Origin: the human T2T-CHM13v2.0 reference genome, Homo sapiens
Assembly: GCF_009914755.1 (NCBI RefSeq)
Contig: NC_060941.1
Strand: one strand, 5' to 3'
Length of the DNA: 64,000 nt
A model generated the notes under the pieces. The model saw nothing but the letters and a program-made list of their open reading frames with translations, ran no database searches and had not been told where the DNA came from. Shown in pieces: positions 16,332 to 32,926 of the stretch (its first letter is position 1; each line of letters opens with the position of its first letter). The translations under genes were made by a program, and so were the position numbers.

Positions 16332-16534
16332 CATACTGATTTTGAAATTTAAAAAATCTACATTCTATATTCGCATCATAGCTTCTCCCTAATAAAATCT
16401 TTGTGAGTGTTTATGGGACTTATTCCCCGAAAAATCTGCAAGCAGCCTGGTAGCTTTATATACACAGGAAAGCCAAAGGACAAACTAGGAATTACGTCAG
16501 AGATGGGGAAAGACTAAGGATCTTACCCAAATCA

Positions 16535-16949
<415 letters not shown>

Positions 16950-17991
16950 TTATAAACACTATTACCAAACCCATTTAAGATTGAAGATAAATTATATCAT
17001 GGCATGGGTAAAGATTTTCAATAAGGAGTTGCTAGGATAAAAGTCAAAATTCTCCAGCATAAATTCACTGACAGGGATTTCTGTTTAATCTTTTCAAAAT
17101 TCTAATACCCAATTTGTTTCCTCTAGAGAATAACTCGTGTAGAATCATAACCTCTTTGGTGGACCTTGATTTTTCCATCTGTAAAAGTATAGAACTAGTT
17201 TTGACTTAACAGTCAACAAATGCCTACCCTCTCCATATCTAGCTGATTAGAGCGCCCTCGTGCGCATTTGCTGTAATGTTTTAGAAATCTGAAAAAGACA
17301 ATATTAATCTCAGCAGTAATACAATAAATAATGTCTTCATTTGCACATTTATAGCAAATGCTATAAATATATAGCTCCAAGTATTACTCAGTAAAAGCTA
17401 AAGGCAAATGCTGTAGTAGGTTAATCTTACTGTCGTTCACTATCAAACCTTTCTTATGCCAATTTTATCCTAAAACAGTGAAGTTATTGTTTTGGTTTCA
17501 ATTTTAATTTAATGACTTAAAGGATTTTTTCCCTTAAAACTTCTAAGTATTTCATTATAATATTATTTCATCATTAGGCTTAAAGGAAAATATGTGGTCA
17601 ATTGAGTTGTTATTTATTATACATGATAGCTTGACATCATCTTTTTAGGGATGGAAAACAGCTCCAGGGACCAAGTCTAACTCAGTTTTTTGATATAAGA
17701 ATTTACCTGTCGGCCGGGTGCAATGGCTCACACCTGTAATCCCAGCACTTTGGGAGGCCGAGGCGGGCGGATATAGGTCAGCAGATCAAGACCAGGAGTT
17801 CAAGACCAGCCTGGCCAAGATGGTGAAACCCCATCTGTACTAAAACTACAAAAATTAGCCAGGCGTGATGGCAGGCACCTGTAATCCCACCTACTTGGGA
17901 GGCTGAGGCAGGAGAATCACTTGAACCCGGTTCAAGTGAGCCGGCTGCAGTGAGCCAAGATCACGCCACTGCACTCCAGCCTGGGCAATAA

Positions 17992-18510
<519 letters not shown>

Positions 18511-18771
18511 TAATGCCCTCAAATATTCTCCTATCCAATCACTGTATTTTAAATGGCATTCCTCCAACAAATATTTGTTGAGCCCCCACTATGTGCCAGG
18601 ATTGAAATGTCAAATTGAAGGAGGCAATAGCTACTGAAGTAAAGCAAAAAAAGTACTGGTTATTTTTCCTTCTATAAAATGACCTAGTAATAACCGCTTT
18701 ACCCAGGAGAGTTGCTGTAAAGATCTAATAACATGACACATATAACCACACCCCTAAAGAATGAGGTGTTA

Positions 18772-19071
18772 CCGCATGTTCTCACTCATAGGTGGGAATT
18801 GAACAATGAGAACACATGGACACAGGAAGGGGAACATCACACTCTGGGGACTGTTGCGGGGTGTGGGGAGGGGGGAGGGATAGCATTAGGAGATATACCT
18901 AATGCTAAATGACGAGTTAATGGGTGCAGCACACCAGCATGGCACATGTATACATATGTAACTAACCTGCACATTGTGCACATGTACCCTACAACTTAAA
19001 GTGTAATAATAATAAAATAATAAAATAAAAAAAAGAAATTTTGCTTAAATAAATATTATAATAAAAAAAAC
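18772..19071 (+). mobile_element. 5'-truncated young L1 (L1PA2-like 3' UTR, ~260 bp plus tail)
   Basis: CCGCATGTTCTCACTCATAGGTGGGAATTGAACAATGAGAACACATGG...CACTCTGGGGACTGTTG...GCACATGTACCCT; TSD GAATGAGGTGTTA at 18759-18771 and 19072-19084. Confidence 0.9.
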
Positions 19072-19238
19072 GAATGAGGTGTTATTAAAATGTTTGCAAG
19101 AGAAACCCTAGTAATTCCAAGCACATATTTTAGGAATGGTTTCTTGTGTAGAAAATCCTGGAATGTGAGGCTCTGCTGATTTTTTTAATGCATATTCTCT
19201 TCTTATGTATGCGGAATTTTTTTTTTTTTTTGAGATAG

Positions 19239-19448
<210 letters not shown>

Positions 19449-21046
19449 TGATCCACCCACTTCAGCCTCCCAAAGTGCTGGGATTACAGGCATGAGCCAC
19501 TGTACCTGGCCTATTTTTGTTTTTACTAATGTTTCAAGAGACCCACTTTATGTACAGAATTCTGGCTACAACCTAACAAATGAGTTGCTCTGTTCATCAG
19601 TTATAGCCAATTTAAGTAATTATGAAAAGCTCAACAATACTTTAACTGGCAATGAAAGCGTCAATATCTCACATTTACCACCACAACTTAGGATTTCTTG
19701 GTAGCTAAATAAAATGCTTCTATTTTGTGGGGGGAAACTGTCACATAAGTTGAAATTCTGCAATGTTCAATTGATGAAAAGGTCTCTATGTTAAATCAAA
19801 GGTATAAATTCCACATCAGTAGTACATGAAAGAGAAAAAAAAAGCCAAAATTAAAGTGATCCATGCCCACTTCCCTGAGTGAACCTAAGATTTTACTAAC
19901 AGAGATGCCGTAACTTTGATCATGCACACATCAAACTTGAATTTAAAAACATGCATGCACTCACTCATCTTTTATCTCTTATGTAATTAATACTGTAAGA
20001 TTATATTTTGCCTACGTGCTCTATATTACTAATTTATAGGATTATTACTATTCAGTGTTGTTTACTTGAAACCATACTGTACTATACACAACTTTTGCAT
20101 TCCATGCTAACTTTAGTTTTTTAACTAATTTTTTTTTATACAGAGTCTCACTCACTCTATTGGCCAGGCTGGAGTGCAGTGGCACGATCTTGGCTCCTGC
20201 AACCTCTGCCTCTCGGGTTCAAGTCATTCTCCTGCCTCAGCCTCCCAAGTAGTTGGTACCACAGGTACATGCCACCACACCCGGCTAATTTTTGTATTTT
20301 TGGTAGAGATGGGGTTTCACCATGTGGGCCAGGCTGGTCTCGAACTCCTGACCTCAAGGTTATAGGCGTGAGCCACCATGTCCCAACTCCATGCTAACTT
20401 TAGAGCTTATTTCCCATCCCATAAGATACAACACTACTTGTGTTATATAGTGAGCAGTGTGGGGAAGAAAAGCATAGAATTAAGTTAGTGACAAATCCAG
20501 TGAACTCAAAAAGAGGGAAAAAACCACTCCCAAACAATTGTTTTCCCCATATTCTATTCTCCCTAGAGGTAGTCCATACAGGAACGACAAAAGAAAAAAA
20601 AGGATACAAAATGAGAAAGATGTTCATGTGACATATAAGTACAGTAATAAAATCAACAAGCATATATGGTATTTAAGCAAAATAGTATGTATGCATTGAT
20701 GGTCATCTGATATAAATCCATCATTTCTGTTGGCCAACATCTAAAACCTTCACTTTTCTGAGGAGACAAGCTATAAATCTATACGGATATTTCTACAATG
20801 AGAATTCATTATTACATATGAACCAATATAATTTGATGTCAAATATTCACAATTAGGTTTAAAAAATCCCCTACTTGGCCGGGCGCAGTGGCTCATGCCT
20901 GTAATCCCAGCACTTTGGGAGGCCAAGGCGGGTGGATCATGAGGTCAAGAAACCAAGACCATCCTGGCCAACATGGTGAAGCCCTGTCTCTACTAAAAAT
21001 ACAAAAATTAACTGGGCGTGGTGGCAGGCGCCTGTAGTCCCAGCTA

Positions 21047-21220
<174 letters not shown>

Positions 21221-21843
21221 TCATGCCTATAATTTTGGCACTTTGGGAAGCCGAGGTGGGAAGATAGCTTGAGTCCAGGAGTAAAATAGTGAGACTCTGT
21301 CTCTACAAAAAAATAAAAAATTAGCTGGATGGGGCACACACCTGTAGTCCAGGTACTCACGAGGCTGAAATGGGTGGATCACTTGAGCCTGGGAGGTCAA
21401 GGCTGTAGTGAACTGTGATCACACCACTACACCCTACACCCAGCCTGGGCTACAAGGTGAGACCCTGTCTCAAAAAAAAAAAAAAAAAAGGTACCAAAAA
21501 TCTATAGCTGTTTCAGGAATAAAATACATGTAGTTAGTGAGGTTTTTCTCTCCCACTGCTATGACTTAATTTTTGGTTGAGATGCTAAGCCAAACATCAT
21601 TTTAAGTCTGTGGCCCAACCAAAAAAGGGAATCATACTCTCCAAAGAATTGTACATTCCCACTCTAATTGCTAAAATAAAATGTTGGATTATGAAAATCA
21701 ATTTTATAGGTATCAATAAGTTATAAGAGCATGGCTTATTTAAAAAAAAAAGTGGGCCAGGTTACCTACATGAGCTGCAAAGCAAGCAAACTGAATTTTC
21801 TTATCGAAGAGCCCATCCTCATACTTAAAATTTCCCATGACTA

Positions 21844-22065
<222 letters not shown>

Positions 22066-23869
22066 TTAACTATAATAAAGTATTAGAATAGTCTTAGCAG
22101 GCACTTTTCTAATAGTGGAGAAATGCAAGTGGAAGAAAAAAATGCAAGTGGAAAGTACTGAGTCAAATTACATCTTCAAATCTTAAACATGCACTAAAAA
22201 AGATTTTAGTATACTGTTATTCCTATTAAAAATGTGAATATATTGACTGGGCATGATGGCTCAGGCCTGTAATCCCAGCACTTTGGGAGGCTGAGGCAGG
22301 CAGATCCTGAGGTCAGGAGTTCAAGACCAGCCTGGCCAATAAAGCGAAACCCCGTCTCTACTAAAACTACAAAACATCAGCCGGGCGTGGTGGCGGGCGC
22401 CTGTAATCCTAGCTACTCGGGAGGCTGAGGCAGGAGAATTGCTTGAACCTGGGAGGCAGAGGTTGCCGCAAGCAGAGATCGTGCCACTGCACACCAGCCC
22501 AGGTGACAGTGCGAGAGTCTGTCTCAATTAAAAAAAAAAAAAGAAAAGAATATATCGAGCTCAAAACAAGCTGGAAAAAATGTGAATATCAATTTCCCCT
22601 CTCACAAAGCTTCAGTGTGCCTAGTCCACTGGCTAAATCCCTGTTTAGAGATAATTAATTCAGTTGGCTACTGCAGGTTTGTAATAAACCTGAAAAACTA
22701 CTGAAGCAGAGTTAAAACATGAATAATACTGGTAAGATGCTCCAGTTAAAGTTTCTTCTCACAGCTCATTTCATTCCTTCAGAAATCTAAAGGAGCAAAA
22801 ATAATTTTCTATTCCGCATGGGTTATAAGTTATATTTCCTTGTGAAAGTATAGTTATCACTTCAGTTCTAACCATGAGATTTATTTATTTAATTCCTTCT
22901 CTCTTTCCCAAAATATCTGGTTAAACTCTTGGGCCAAATGTAAGAAGTAAATAATAATTTAGAATATCTGACTTAATACTAAAAGATGATGACCACATTG
23001 ACCTTATAATTCTCTTAGAGCCCAGACTGTGAACCTGCACTCCCTGGAGGAATGGCTGATTCCAAGTGTGGGGAAAATGTACAAGATAAGCATAGAACAC
23101 CAGTTTCCTTATTTTGCTCTCTCGTACAACACCAGACAATGTGCTCATGTCAAAAGGACTCAGAACCCAACATGAAGATGCACCCAGCATTCACTGCACC
23201 CAGCATTCAACGAAGGGAAAAAACGAGCACCAATAAAAATAACTGCTAGGTGCGGTGGCTCACGCCTATCATCCCAACACTTTGGGAGGCAGAGGCAGGT
23301 GGATTGCTTTTGAGCTCAGGATTTGAAGACCAGCCTGGTGAACACGGCAAAACCCCGTCTCTACCAGAAACACAAAAATTAGCTGGGCATGGTGGTGTAC
23401 CTGTGGTCCCAGCTACTCAAGAGGGTGAGGTGGGAGGATTGCTGGAGGTCGGGATGTCAAGCCTGCAGTGGGCAGCGATTATACCACTGCACTACAGCTT
23501 GGGTGACAGAGTTAAGACCCTGCCTGAAAACAATAAATGAATAAATAAAAATAAAATAAAAATAACTGCGATGAAAGGAAACACAAATATGTTAAAACGT
23601 GTAAGTTCATAATATACTAAAAAAGAAAAAAACACACACACAAAGTTCATTGGTCAATTTTGGAAGATGCTAGGAAACTAATTCATTATTTTGAAAACTA
23701 GGAAAGAATCAAACATACATCCTGCCTTTTCTGTATGAACTGTACCTTGGGTAACTAACTGATCAAAGAGTTTCTCTTTATGAAAGAATTCCAGCTAACA
23801 AAGAAAGAAGAAATAACAGTTAGAATAAAACCATTTCACAAACACCTGATGAAACTACAAAAGTAGGCC

Positions 23870-24050
23870 AGAGTTTCTCAACCTCAGGGCTACTGACATT
23901 TTAGGCCTATTAATACTTTGCGTTAGGGGGCTGTGCTGTGCTGACTCTTACCCCTGAAGGTACCTATAGCATTCCCTCTCCCAAGCTGTGACAGTGTGTC
24001 TCCAGACATTGCCAAATTACCCTGGTAGTGAAATGCTGACACAGGCAGTG
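23870..24050. mobile_element. MER20-like DNA transposon relic
   Basis: GTTTCTCAACCTCAGGGCTACTGACATTTTAGGCC...TGTCTCCAGACATTGCCAAAT. Confidence 0.65.
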
Positions 24051-24902
24051 ACCACTAACATCACTAAAAAAACACACATACGCACACACAAGTACACATT
24101 ATGCCTCCTGATCAAAGCATATGCGATACTGAGAGTGTAATCTGAATCAGATCAACCACCTAAATTTAACTACCAGTTTTTGGAAATTTGGGGAACAGAT
24201 GAACATGGTCAATGACACTCTGGGGATAATATCAGCAAAATCAAAATTTGAGAATTCTACAGGACAAATGACCCCGTTTCTTCAGTAAATCACGAGGGGA
24301 ATCTATAAAGGAAAAGAGACCTAAGAGACATAGTAACCAAACTACATACAGACCTTGATTAACAGGAGGAAAAAAAAGAATGGAACAACAACAACAAAAA
24401 AATTAGGTGGGGCAACACAGGGAGACCTCATCTCTAGAAAAATTCAAAAAATTGGATGTGGTGATGCACCCCTGTGGTCCCAGCTATATGGGAGGATCCC
24501 TTGAGCCTGGGAAGCTGAGGCTGCCATGAGCCACTATCATGCCACTGCACTCCAGCCTGGGCAACAGAGAAAGACCCTATCTCAAAAAAAAAAGAGAAAA
24601 AAAAAAAACTGGGGAAACTGTCAACTTCTTAGGTGTGATGATGGGATGACAGTTATGTTTAAAGAAGATGATCTAATTATTTTTAAGCTGGGCAGTAGGT
24701 GTATGACAGTTCTCCTCCTTACAATTGTTTGTTGTTTTTTAAAGTGGGTCACATTATGGGGCATGACCAAAAAATAATCACCATCATCATCCTCCTCCTT
24801 CTCCACCTACAGCCCAAGGAATGGAAAAAGAAACTGTGTTTTCTCAGATTCTGAGGTGGCAGAAAGACAATAACACACTAACTCATTTACTCATAAACAT
24901 AT

Positions 24903-25376
24903 TGTTATGGATTGAATCGTGTCCCTTACTCACCCCCCAGAAAATTTCGTATGTTGAAACTCTAACCTCTAGTTCCTCAGAATGTGACCTTATTTGGAAA
25001 GGGTTATTGCAGATGTAATTAGTGAAGATGAGGTCCTACTGGAGTAGAGAGGAACCCTAATCCAATATGCCTGGTATCCTTATAAAAAGGGGAAATTTGG
25101 CCACAGATACGCACACAGGTAGAACACCATGTGAACATGAAGGCAGAGATCCAGGTGATGCACCTACAAGCCAAAGTATGCCAAAGATGACCAGCAAACC
25201 ACCAGAAGCCAGGGGAGAGGCATGGAACATAAGGTTTCTCACAGTTGTCGAAGAAACCAACTCTAACAACGTGATCTAGAACTTCTAGTCTCCAGATCTA
25301 TGAGATAATAAATTTCTGTTGTCTAAGCCACCCAGTTTGTGGTACTTTGTTGCAGCAAGCCTAGCAAACTAATGCA
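24903..25376 (+). mobile_element. MLT1 (MLT1C-like) solo LTR
   Basis: TGTTATGGATTGAATCGTGTCCC...AATAAATTTCTGTTGTCTAAGCCACCCAGTTTGTGGTACTTTGTTGCAGCAAGCCTAGCAAACTAATGCA. Confidence 0.75.
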
Positions 25377-26583
25377 CACATATTCTATATTTTGAAGAAA
25401 AAATTCCCAGAGAATCATATTTAAAATGGTTAAATTAAGCAAAATAAAACAAACCAAAAAAAGAAAAGTCCCAACTACCTGAAATATTTAATTGTCTTAG
25501 GAAACTGACTTAAAAATATCTAATACAGGCCGGGCACGGTGGCTCACGCCTGTAATCCCAGAACTTTGGGAGGCCGAGGTGGGTGGATCACAAGGTCAGG
25601 AGTTCAAGACCAGCCTGGCCAAGATGATGAAATCCTGTGTCTACTAAAAATACAAAAATTTGCTGGGCATGGTGGCAGGTGTCTGTAATCCCAGCTACTC
25701 AGGAGGCAGAGGCAGAGATTTGCTTGAACCCAGGAGGTGGAGGCTGCAGTGATCCGAGATCACACCACTGCACTCCAGCCTGGGGGACAGATCAAGACTC
25801 CATCTCAAAAATAAAAAAATAAAAATAAAGAAGAAAAACGCTATGGAATTTGACTAGAATTAGGGCTAACAATATGAAGCACTTTGGGAAGCCAAGGCAG
25901 GTGGATCACCATGTCGGCCAGGAGTTTGAGACCAGCCTGGCCAACATGGTGAAACCTCATCTTTACTAAAAATACAAGAATTAGCCAGGTATGGTGGTGA
26001 GCACCTGTACTCCCAGTTACTCCAGAGGCTGAGGCACGAGAATCACTGGAACCCGGGAAGCAGAGGTTGCAGTGAGCTGAGGCAGCCTGGTGTCCAAGCT
26101 GTGGTGAGCCATGACCATACCACTGCACTCAAGTCTGGGCAACAGAGGAAGTCCCTGTCTCAAAAAAAAAAAAAAAAAAAAAAAAGGGCCAGGTGCAGTG
26201 GCTCACACCTGTAATCCCAGCATTTTAGGAGGCTGAGGCGGGCAGATCATGAGGTCAGGAGTTGAAGACCAGCCTGGCCAACATAGTGAAACCCCATCCC
26301 TACTAAAAATACAAAAATCAGCCGAGTGTGGTGGCATGTACCTGTAATCCCAGCTACTCAGGAGGTTGAGGCAGAAGAATTGCTTGAACCTGGGAGGCGG
26401 AGGTTGCAGTGAGCCAAGACCACATCATTGCACTCCAGCCTGGGCAACAGAGTGAACCTCCATCTCAAAAAAAAAAAAAAAAAAAATTTAAAAAGGGAGT
26501 ATAGGGCCAGCCGCGGTGGCTCACGCCTGTAATCCTAGCACTTTGGGAGGCTGAGGTGGCTGGATCATGGGGTCAAGAGATCA

Positions 26584-26931
<348 letters not shown>

Positions 26932-27083
26932 TTAAGTAAAGATTATTATGGGACAGAATATTCACACTGTTTCTATCATGCCATAGATCACTTGTTAATT
27001 ACAAAAGGAAAAAGAGGCTGAGAATGGAGTCTCACGTCTGTAATCCCAACACTTTGGGAGGCCAAGGAGGGCGGATCACCTTA

Positions 27084-27317
<234 letters not shown>

Positions 27318-28262
27318 TTATTCTTAGGAGATGTATAGAAGAAATTAGGGGTGAAGTGCTATGAAATCTGCAGTTAACTCTCAAATTGTACAGAAAGAAA
27401 ATTTATTAATGTTAAAAAATGTCAATATTCATAGATACACATATATGTGGGGGCAGGTAGAAAGGGAGGGACACAGAGACAAAGAAAATATGGCAAAATG
27501 GTAACACCTGGTGATCACTGAACTATTCTTGCAACTCTGAAAAGTTTAAAAAATTTCAAAGGTATATTGTTTTTGAACTGCTCGGGAGGTTTAAATTTTT
27601 GAATTTTTAAAATAAGCAATCAATTGTGAGGAAGTCTGAGAAGCCACAGACTTAAGAGATAAGATGAAAAATAAGGAAAGTAGAATCACAGTAATAAGAG
27701 GAACAGAGTTTCAAAATGCTGTGGTCAGTCAGTAGCTTCAATGCAAAAGAAAGTTAAATTAAGGACCAACTCAGTAAAGACAACTGGATTCAGCAACTGG
27801 GAAGTCAGTGATGACCTAGGGTACAGGAGCTGCATTGAAATAGTAGAGTTGGGCCACGCGTGGCCCACATCTATAATCCAGCAGTTTGGGAGGCCGAGGT
27901 AGGTGGACCTCTTGAGGCCAGGAATTCAAGACCAGCCTAGCCAACATGGTGAAACCCCATCTCTACTAAAAATACAAAAATTAACCCGAGACAGTGGCGC
28001 ACCCCTGTAACCCCAGCTACTCAGGGGCCTGAGGCATGAGAACTGCTTGAACCTGGAAGGCAGAGGCTGCAGTGAGCTGAGATAGGGCCACTGCACTTCA
28101 GCCTGAGTGACAGGGGAAGACTCTGTCTAAAAAACAAAAAACAGGCCTGGCGTGGTGGCTCATGCCTGTAATCCCAGCACTTTGGGAGGCCGAGGCAGGC
28201 GGATCACGAGGTCAGGAGATCGAGACCATCCTGGCTAACACGGTGAAACCCCATCTCTACTA

Positions 28263-28481
<219 letters not shown>

Positions 28482-29115
28482 TTAGCATTATAAATGAATA
28501 TAAATGAGTGGCAACTGTTACTTTGGTCCACAGATTTTTGGTATCTTAACTAGTTTTTGGTCTCTTCCACTAAAGGCATTGCCTGTTGAACCTTGTTAGG
28601 AATGTAAGTACTGAAGGCAAACTGCCTGGGTTTGAATTTTGTTCTGTCCCTTGCACCCTGCCTGGTTTCAAATCCTAGCTCTGCTTATTACGTTCTTTTA
28701 AGGGGATGACCTTTGAGCAAATGTCTTAGCTTCTGTTTTCCCCAGTAAATGGACACAATAGTTGCTACTTTGTGAAAGATTCATGTAATTGACCAGCATT
28801 TACCAAGTAGCATCAGTGTTTAGTTTCAGTCATTGGTGATTCTGCAGTTGGACTGTGAGGGGGTATTGGGGTGGGGGGTGGTGTGTGTGTAGCACTTAAT
28901 TGCAGGCAGGAAGGAAAAGATACTTTTGATAACCGACAGGCAGCTTTTCTCTGCTTTTGTGTCAAAAGGGAGGAAGGGAGTTTGGAGAGGGAAATGAATT
29001 CTCTGTAACACTAAGCTCTCTTCCTCAAAACCAGAGGTAGATAGAATGTGTAATAATTTACAGAATTTCTAGACTTCAACGATCTGATTTTTTTAATTTA
29101 TTTTTATTTTTTCAG

Positions 29116-29222
29116 GTTGAGACTGAGCTAAAGTTAATCTGTGGCGACGTTCTGGATGTACTGGACAAACACCTCATTCCAGCAGCTACAACTGGCAAGT
29201 CCAAGGTTTTCTATCATGAAAT
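29116..29222 (+). pseudogene. YWHAE: Orphan duplicated exon 3 of YWHAE (14-3-3 epsilon); unprocessed YWHAEP-type fragment
   Basis: T-rich tract plus CAG acceptor at 29113-29115, 107 nt, then GTAGGT donor. Translates [35 protein letters not shown] versus 14-3-3 epsilon [35 protein letters not shown]. Confidence 0.92.
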
Positions 29223-32200
29223 GTAGGTTCTATACTAACAATTAACAAGTGTACTTCAATAAATTTAAACATTCTCAGGAATAGTTGACTTTGTTTCTTT
29301 TTTTCTTAGACATTTCATATTATTTTCCTTATTAAATATAACCAAAAATCCCACAGAAATTAACTGAGGAGCCTCTAAATATCAACAAAGTTATCACTTG
29401 ATAGACTAGAATTAAACAAGCAAGTGGTTCCAAGAAATGGCACGAGTGTATTAATCATAAAATAAAATTTCTACATGAAACATTCAGCCATTCTAGACCA
29501 TTTCTGTCTGTGCAGACTCATCTTTTCCTGTTCTTTGCAAAGCCCAGCTAGAGCAAGCAAGTTCTTCCCAATAGGTTTTTCCCATCTCTGGTTGCTTGGC
29601 TGGCTGGGCTTCCTCTACAAACCCCCTTCCTTTCCCCTAAGCAGGGCCCGGTGTCCCCATCCCGCGGAGTTGACCTCATGAGGGCATCTGACCAGGAGTA
29701 GCTATTCCTGGTGCTATTGTCATTGTCCTGTTTCATGTGTGAACATGGCTGGCTCTACAGAGATTTGGCGGGTAGCAAGGAGGTTTCTTTTTGAATCTTC
29801 TTTTGGAAGTCAGACTTGATGAGGATCTTATGCCCACTTTTTCCTAGCTCTGTGGTGTCAGGCAAAGTCTGTTTCTGCAAATGGGGGTTAAGAATTCCTA
29901 CCTCACAGCAGTCTTTTGATAAATAAATAAGATCTTAAGTGTAAATTATTCCACTAGAAATTGCACAGTCACTTTGGTCTTCATCCTGGAGGTCCACTGA
30001 CAAGCCTCATGCAAACCTGTGGCCCTGTTCATAAAGTGTTTTGATCCATACTTTCAAATGGCCTCAGGAAGACCTTTTATAAAGTAAAAATGTTAGGCAG
30101 CCACATGATATCCATTGACCCAGTGAGGCTGTTTTACTGGATATAAGAGGTTTGACCCGGCATTTTGGGGGGCCGAGACAGGCAGATCACTTGAGGCCAG
30201 GAGCTGGAGACCTGCCTGGCCAACATGGAGAAACCCCATCTCTATTAAAAATACCAAAAAAATTAGCTGGGCATGGTGGCACATGCCTGTAATCCCAGCT
30301 ACTTGGGAGACTGAGGCACAAGAATCGCTTGAACCCGGGAGTCAGAGGTTGCAGTGAGCCAAGCCGAGATGGCGCCACTGCACTCCAGCCTGGGCAGCAG
30401 AGTGAGACTCTGTCTCAGGGGAAAAAAAAGGGTGAGGGGAGGGTTTGAAAAAATAGTAGCATGTAGTTATGTTTCTACAATATTTGATATATATAAGGAT
30501 TTACCAACCTCTTGCATTAGCTGCTATCCCCTACAGCAGTTGCTGTAGGAAAAAAACATCAAGTTCTGAGCTCCTACTGTTTGCCAGGCATATTCTGAGA
30601 TGATCACGTTGAAATCTCAGAGTTACCCTGCAGAGTAGTCAGGGTATCACTGCCTGACAGATGAAGAAGCTGAGGCTTCCAGCAGATAAATGACTTACCC
30701 CAGGCCACATAGAAAATGAGTGGGAGAGCCCAGGTCTGTCTGTGAGGTATAATGAAATTAGCATAAACCCTCCACATTGGCGCCACTCGCATAAATTAAC
30801 ATATATTCTCTCACAGAAAGTATTTTATTGGGCATAACAGTTTGTATCATTTACCATTTAACATTAGCCGTGGATCTTCCCACATCACATGACTATGCCT
30901 CATTCTTTTTGGATAATATGATTACTATTGAATGGATTTACTATCATTCACTTAATCAATACTCCTTTTGATGGCCATTTTAATTGTCTATTTTTTCCTT
31001 TTGCACAGATTGGTGTAATAAACCTGATTTTATAGTAATATTTTTGTCTGCCTGTGAAAATGTTTGCTGGACAATAAATTCCTAGGAGTCAAATAAGGTC
31101 AAAGATTATAAATACAGTATTTATTTTCATAAATATTACCAAGTCAGCCACAAATGTTTAAATTACTAATGGTTTCAGATTATTGTATTTAATGAGTAAA
31201 CACTTTTATAGGGTTTACTTTTATGAACACTTTTATTTGCCAGATATCATTCTAAGTCCTTTACAAAATTAACTTTTTTAATTTGTAATATAACCCTGAG
31301 ATGTATATTAGGATTATCCCCATTCTACAGATAAGAACACTGAGAAGTTAATTAACTTGCCACATATCTAGGAAGTGACAAGGCTAGTTGCACAGCCAGG
31401 CAGTCTGGCTCCTGAGTCCACATTTTAGACAACACTATACCTCCTGGTTCTTTTGAGGCATTACTGCTGGAACTATCCTAATACTCATAAATAAACATTT
31501 CTTTTGGGGAGGGCCAAATAAAATTTTAAACAGAAAAGTTTTCACCAACTGTCAAGCTCATAAAGTTGTACGTTATACACTTTTTTCATGATGCCCACAG
31601 ATAATTTATTAATGATATCATCTATTTTAAAAGACGTATGTAAAACCCAACCCTTAAGAAAGGATTCCTATCACTGTTCCCACAGGCACCCTCCTCAGTC
31701 TTATACCTTTCCATTCCACCCCCCAAAACAAATCATTCAGCATATTTATTTCATACTGTAATATAGGAAGTAGCTTCTTTTTAGATTTTCTTAGATTATT
31801 AACATTGATCATACAAACATGGAATAGAAATTCCTTATGTTTTATCTGGATTTAAGGTGCTACATAATGGAATCTATTTCTATCAAGCCATACACATTGG
31901 AGATAATGAAATCACTTGTGTTCTAGCCTAAACGTTATGGGAATTTCAGAACTGCAACATAACAGATAATCCTTGGACGAAAACTAAATCTCTCCTCTGG
32001 TCAGGCATCTATGTGCATCAGTGAAGAGAAGACGGGGACTGTGGAAGGGAAAACAGTGAGTCAGGAAGGACTGTGGCCACATCTGTTCCCCGGACCCTCA
32101 AGTAGTTAAATCCTGACCTCCTCTACCCCAGACTGTCCTGGGGAACGGCCAACACTGGCTTTTCACAACTGTGTGTTACCAGAAATGCAACAGAAACCCA

Positions 32201-32705
32201 GCTGAATCCCCAGGGTTTCCCTTCTGCCCTTCTCAATGGAAAGATCTGTCCCAGGACCATTTATTCCAACATTTTCAATTATGAGAAATCTGGGAAGATA
32301 AAGTTATTTTCACATTTCTCAAGAAATACATACTTATTCATACTCATGACAGGAAAGTCAGAATCTACAGAAAACCAAGAAGATTTTTAAAAATCCATGA
32401 TACCACCATCAAAAGAGCCACACTTAGTATGTTGGTCCACAGGTTTCCTAGCACCCTTTTCTGTTGGTGTATGCACAAAATACACAATCACATTCTGTCT
32501 ACATTTTACAATTTGCCATTTTTTGATTAACACTATATATTGACCAATTTTTAAGACCTGCAACATATGTCGACAACATTATTTCAGAATAATATATTTA
32601 TAAATAAACGCACACACAAACTGTCTGTCTTATATACAACACGTCTTACTTTCTAATTCTCCACTCTGGAAGATTTAGGTTTTCCTAACTTTTTAATATA
32701 CTCAC

Positions 32706-32926
32706 CAGGAATCAGTAAACTTTTTTTATAAAAGGCCAAAGGGTAGATATTTTAAACTCTGCAGGCCATAGGTTTCTGTTGCAACACTCAACTCTGCTGT
32801 TGCAGGGAAAGAAGCCATACACAATTTGTAAATGAATGGGCATGACTGTGTTCTGATAAACTTTACAAAAACAGGTGGTGGACTAGATGCAGCCTGCTCC
32901 TCTGGACATGGCTTACCAGCCCCTGA
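32706..32926. mobile_element. MER58A-like DNA transposon relic
   Basis: CAGGAATCAGTAAACTTTTT...GGCCATAGGTTTCTGTTGCAACACTCAACTCTGCTGTTGCAG...AATGAATGGGCATGACTGTGTTC...CCCCTG. Confidence 0.7.
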
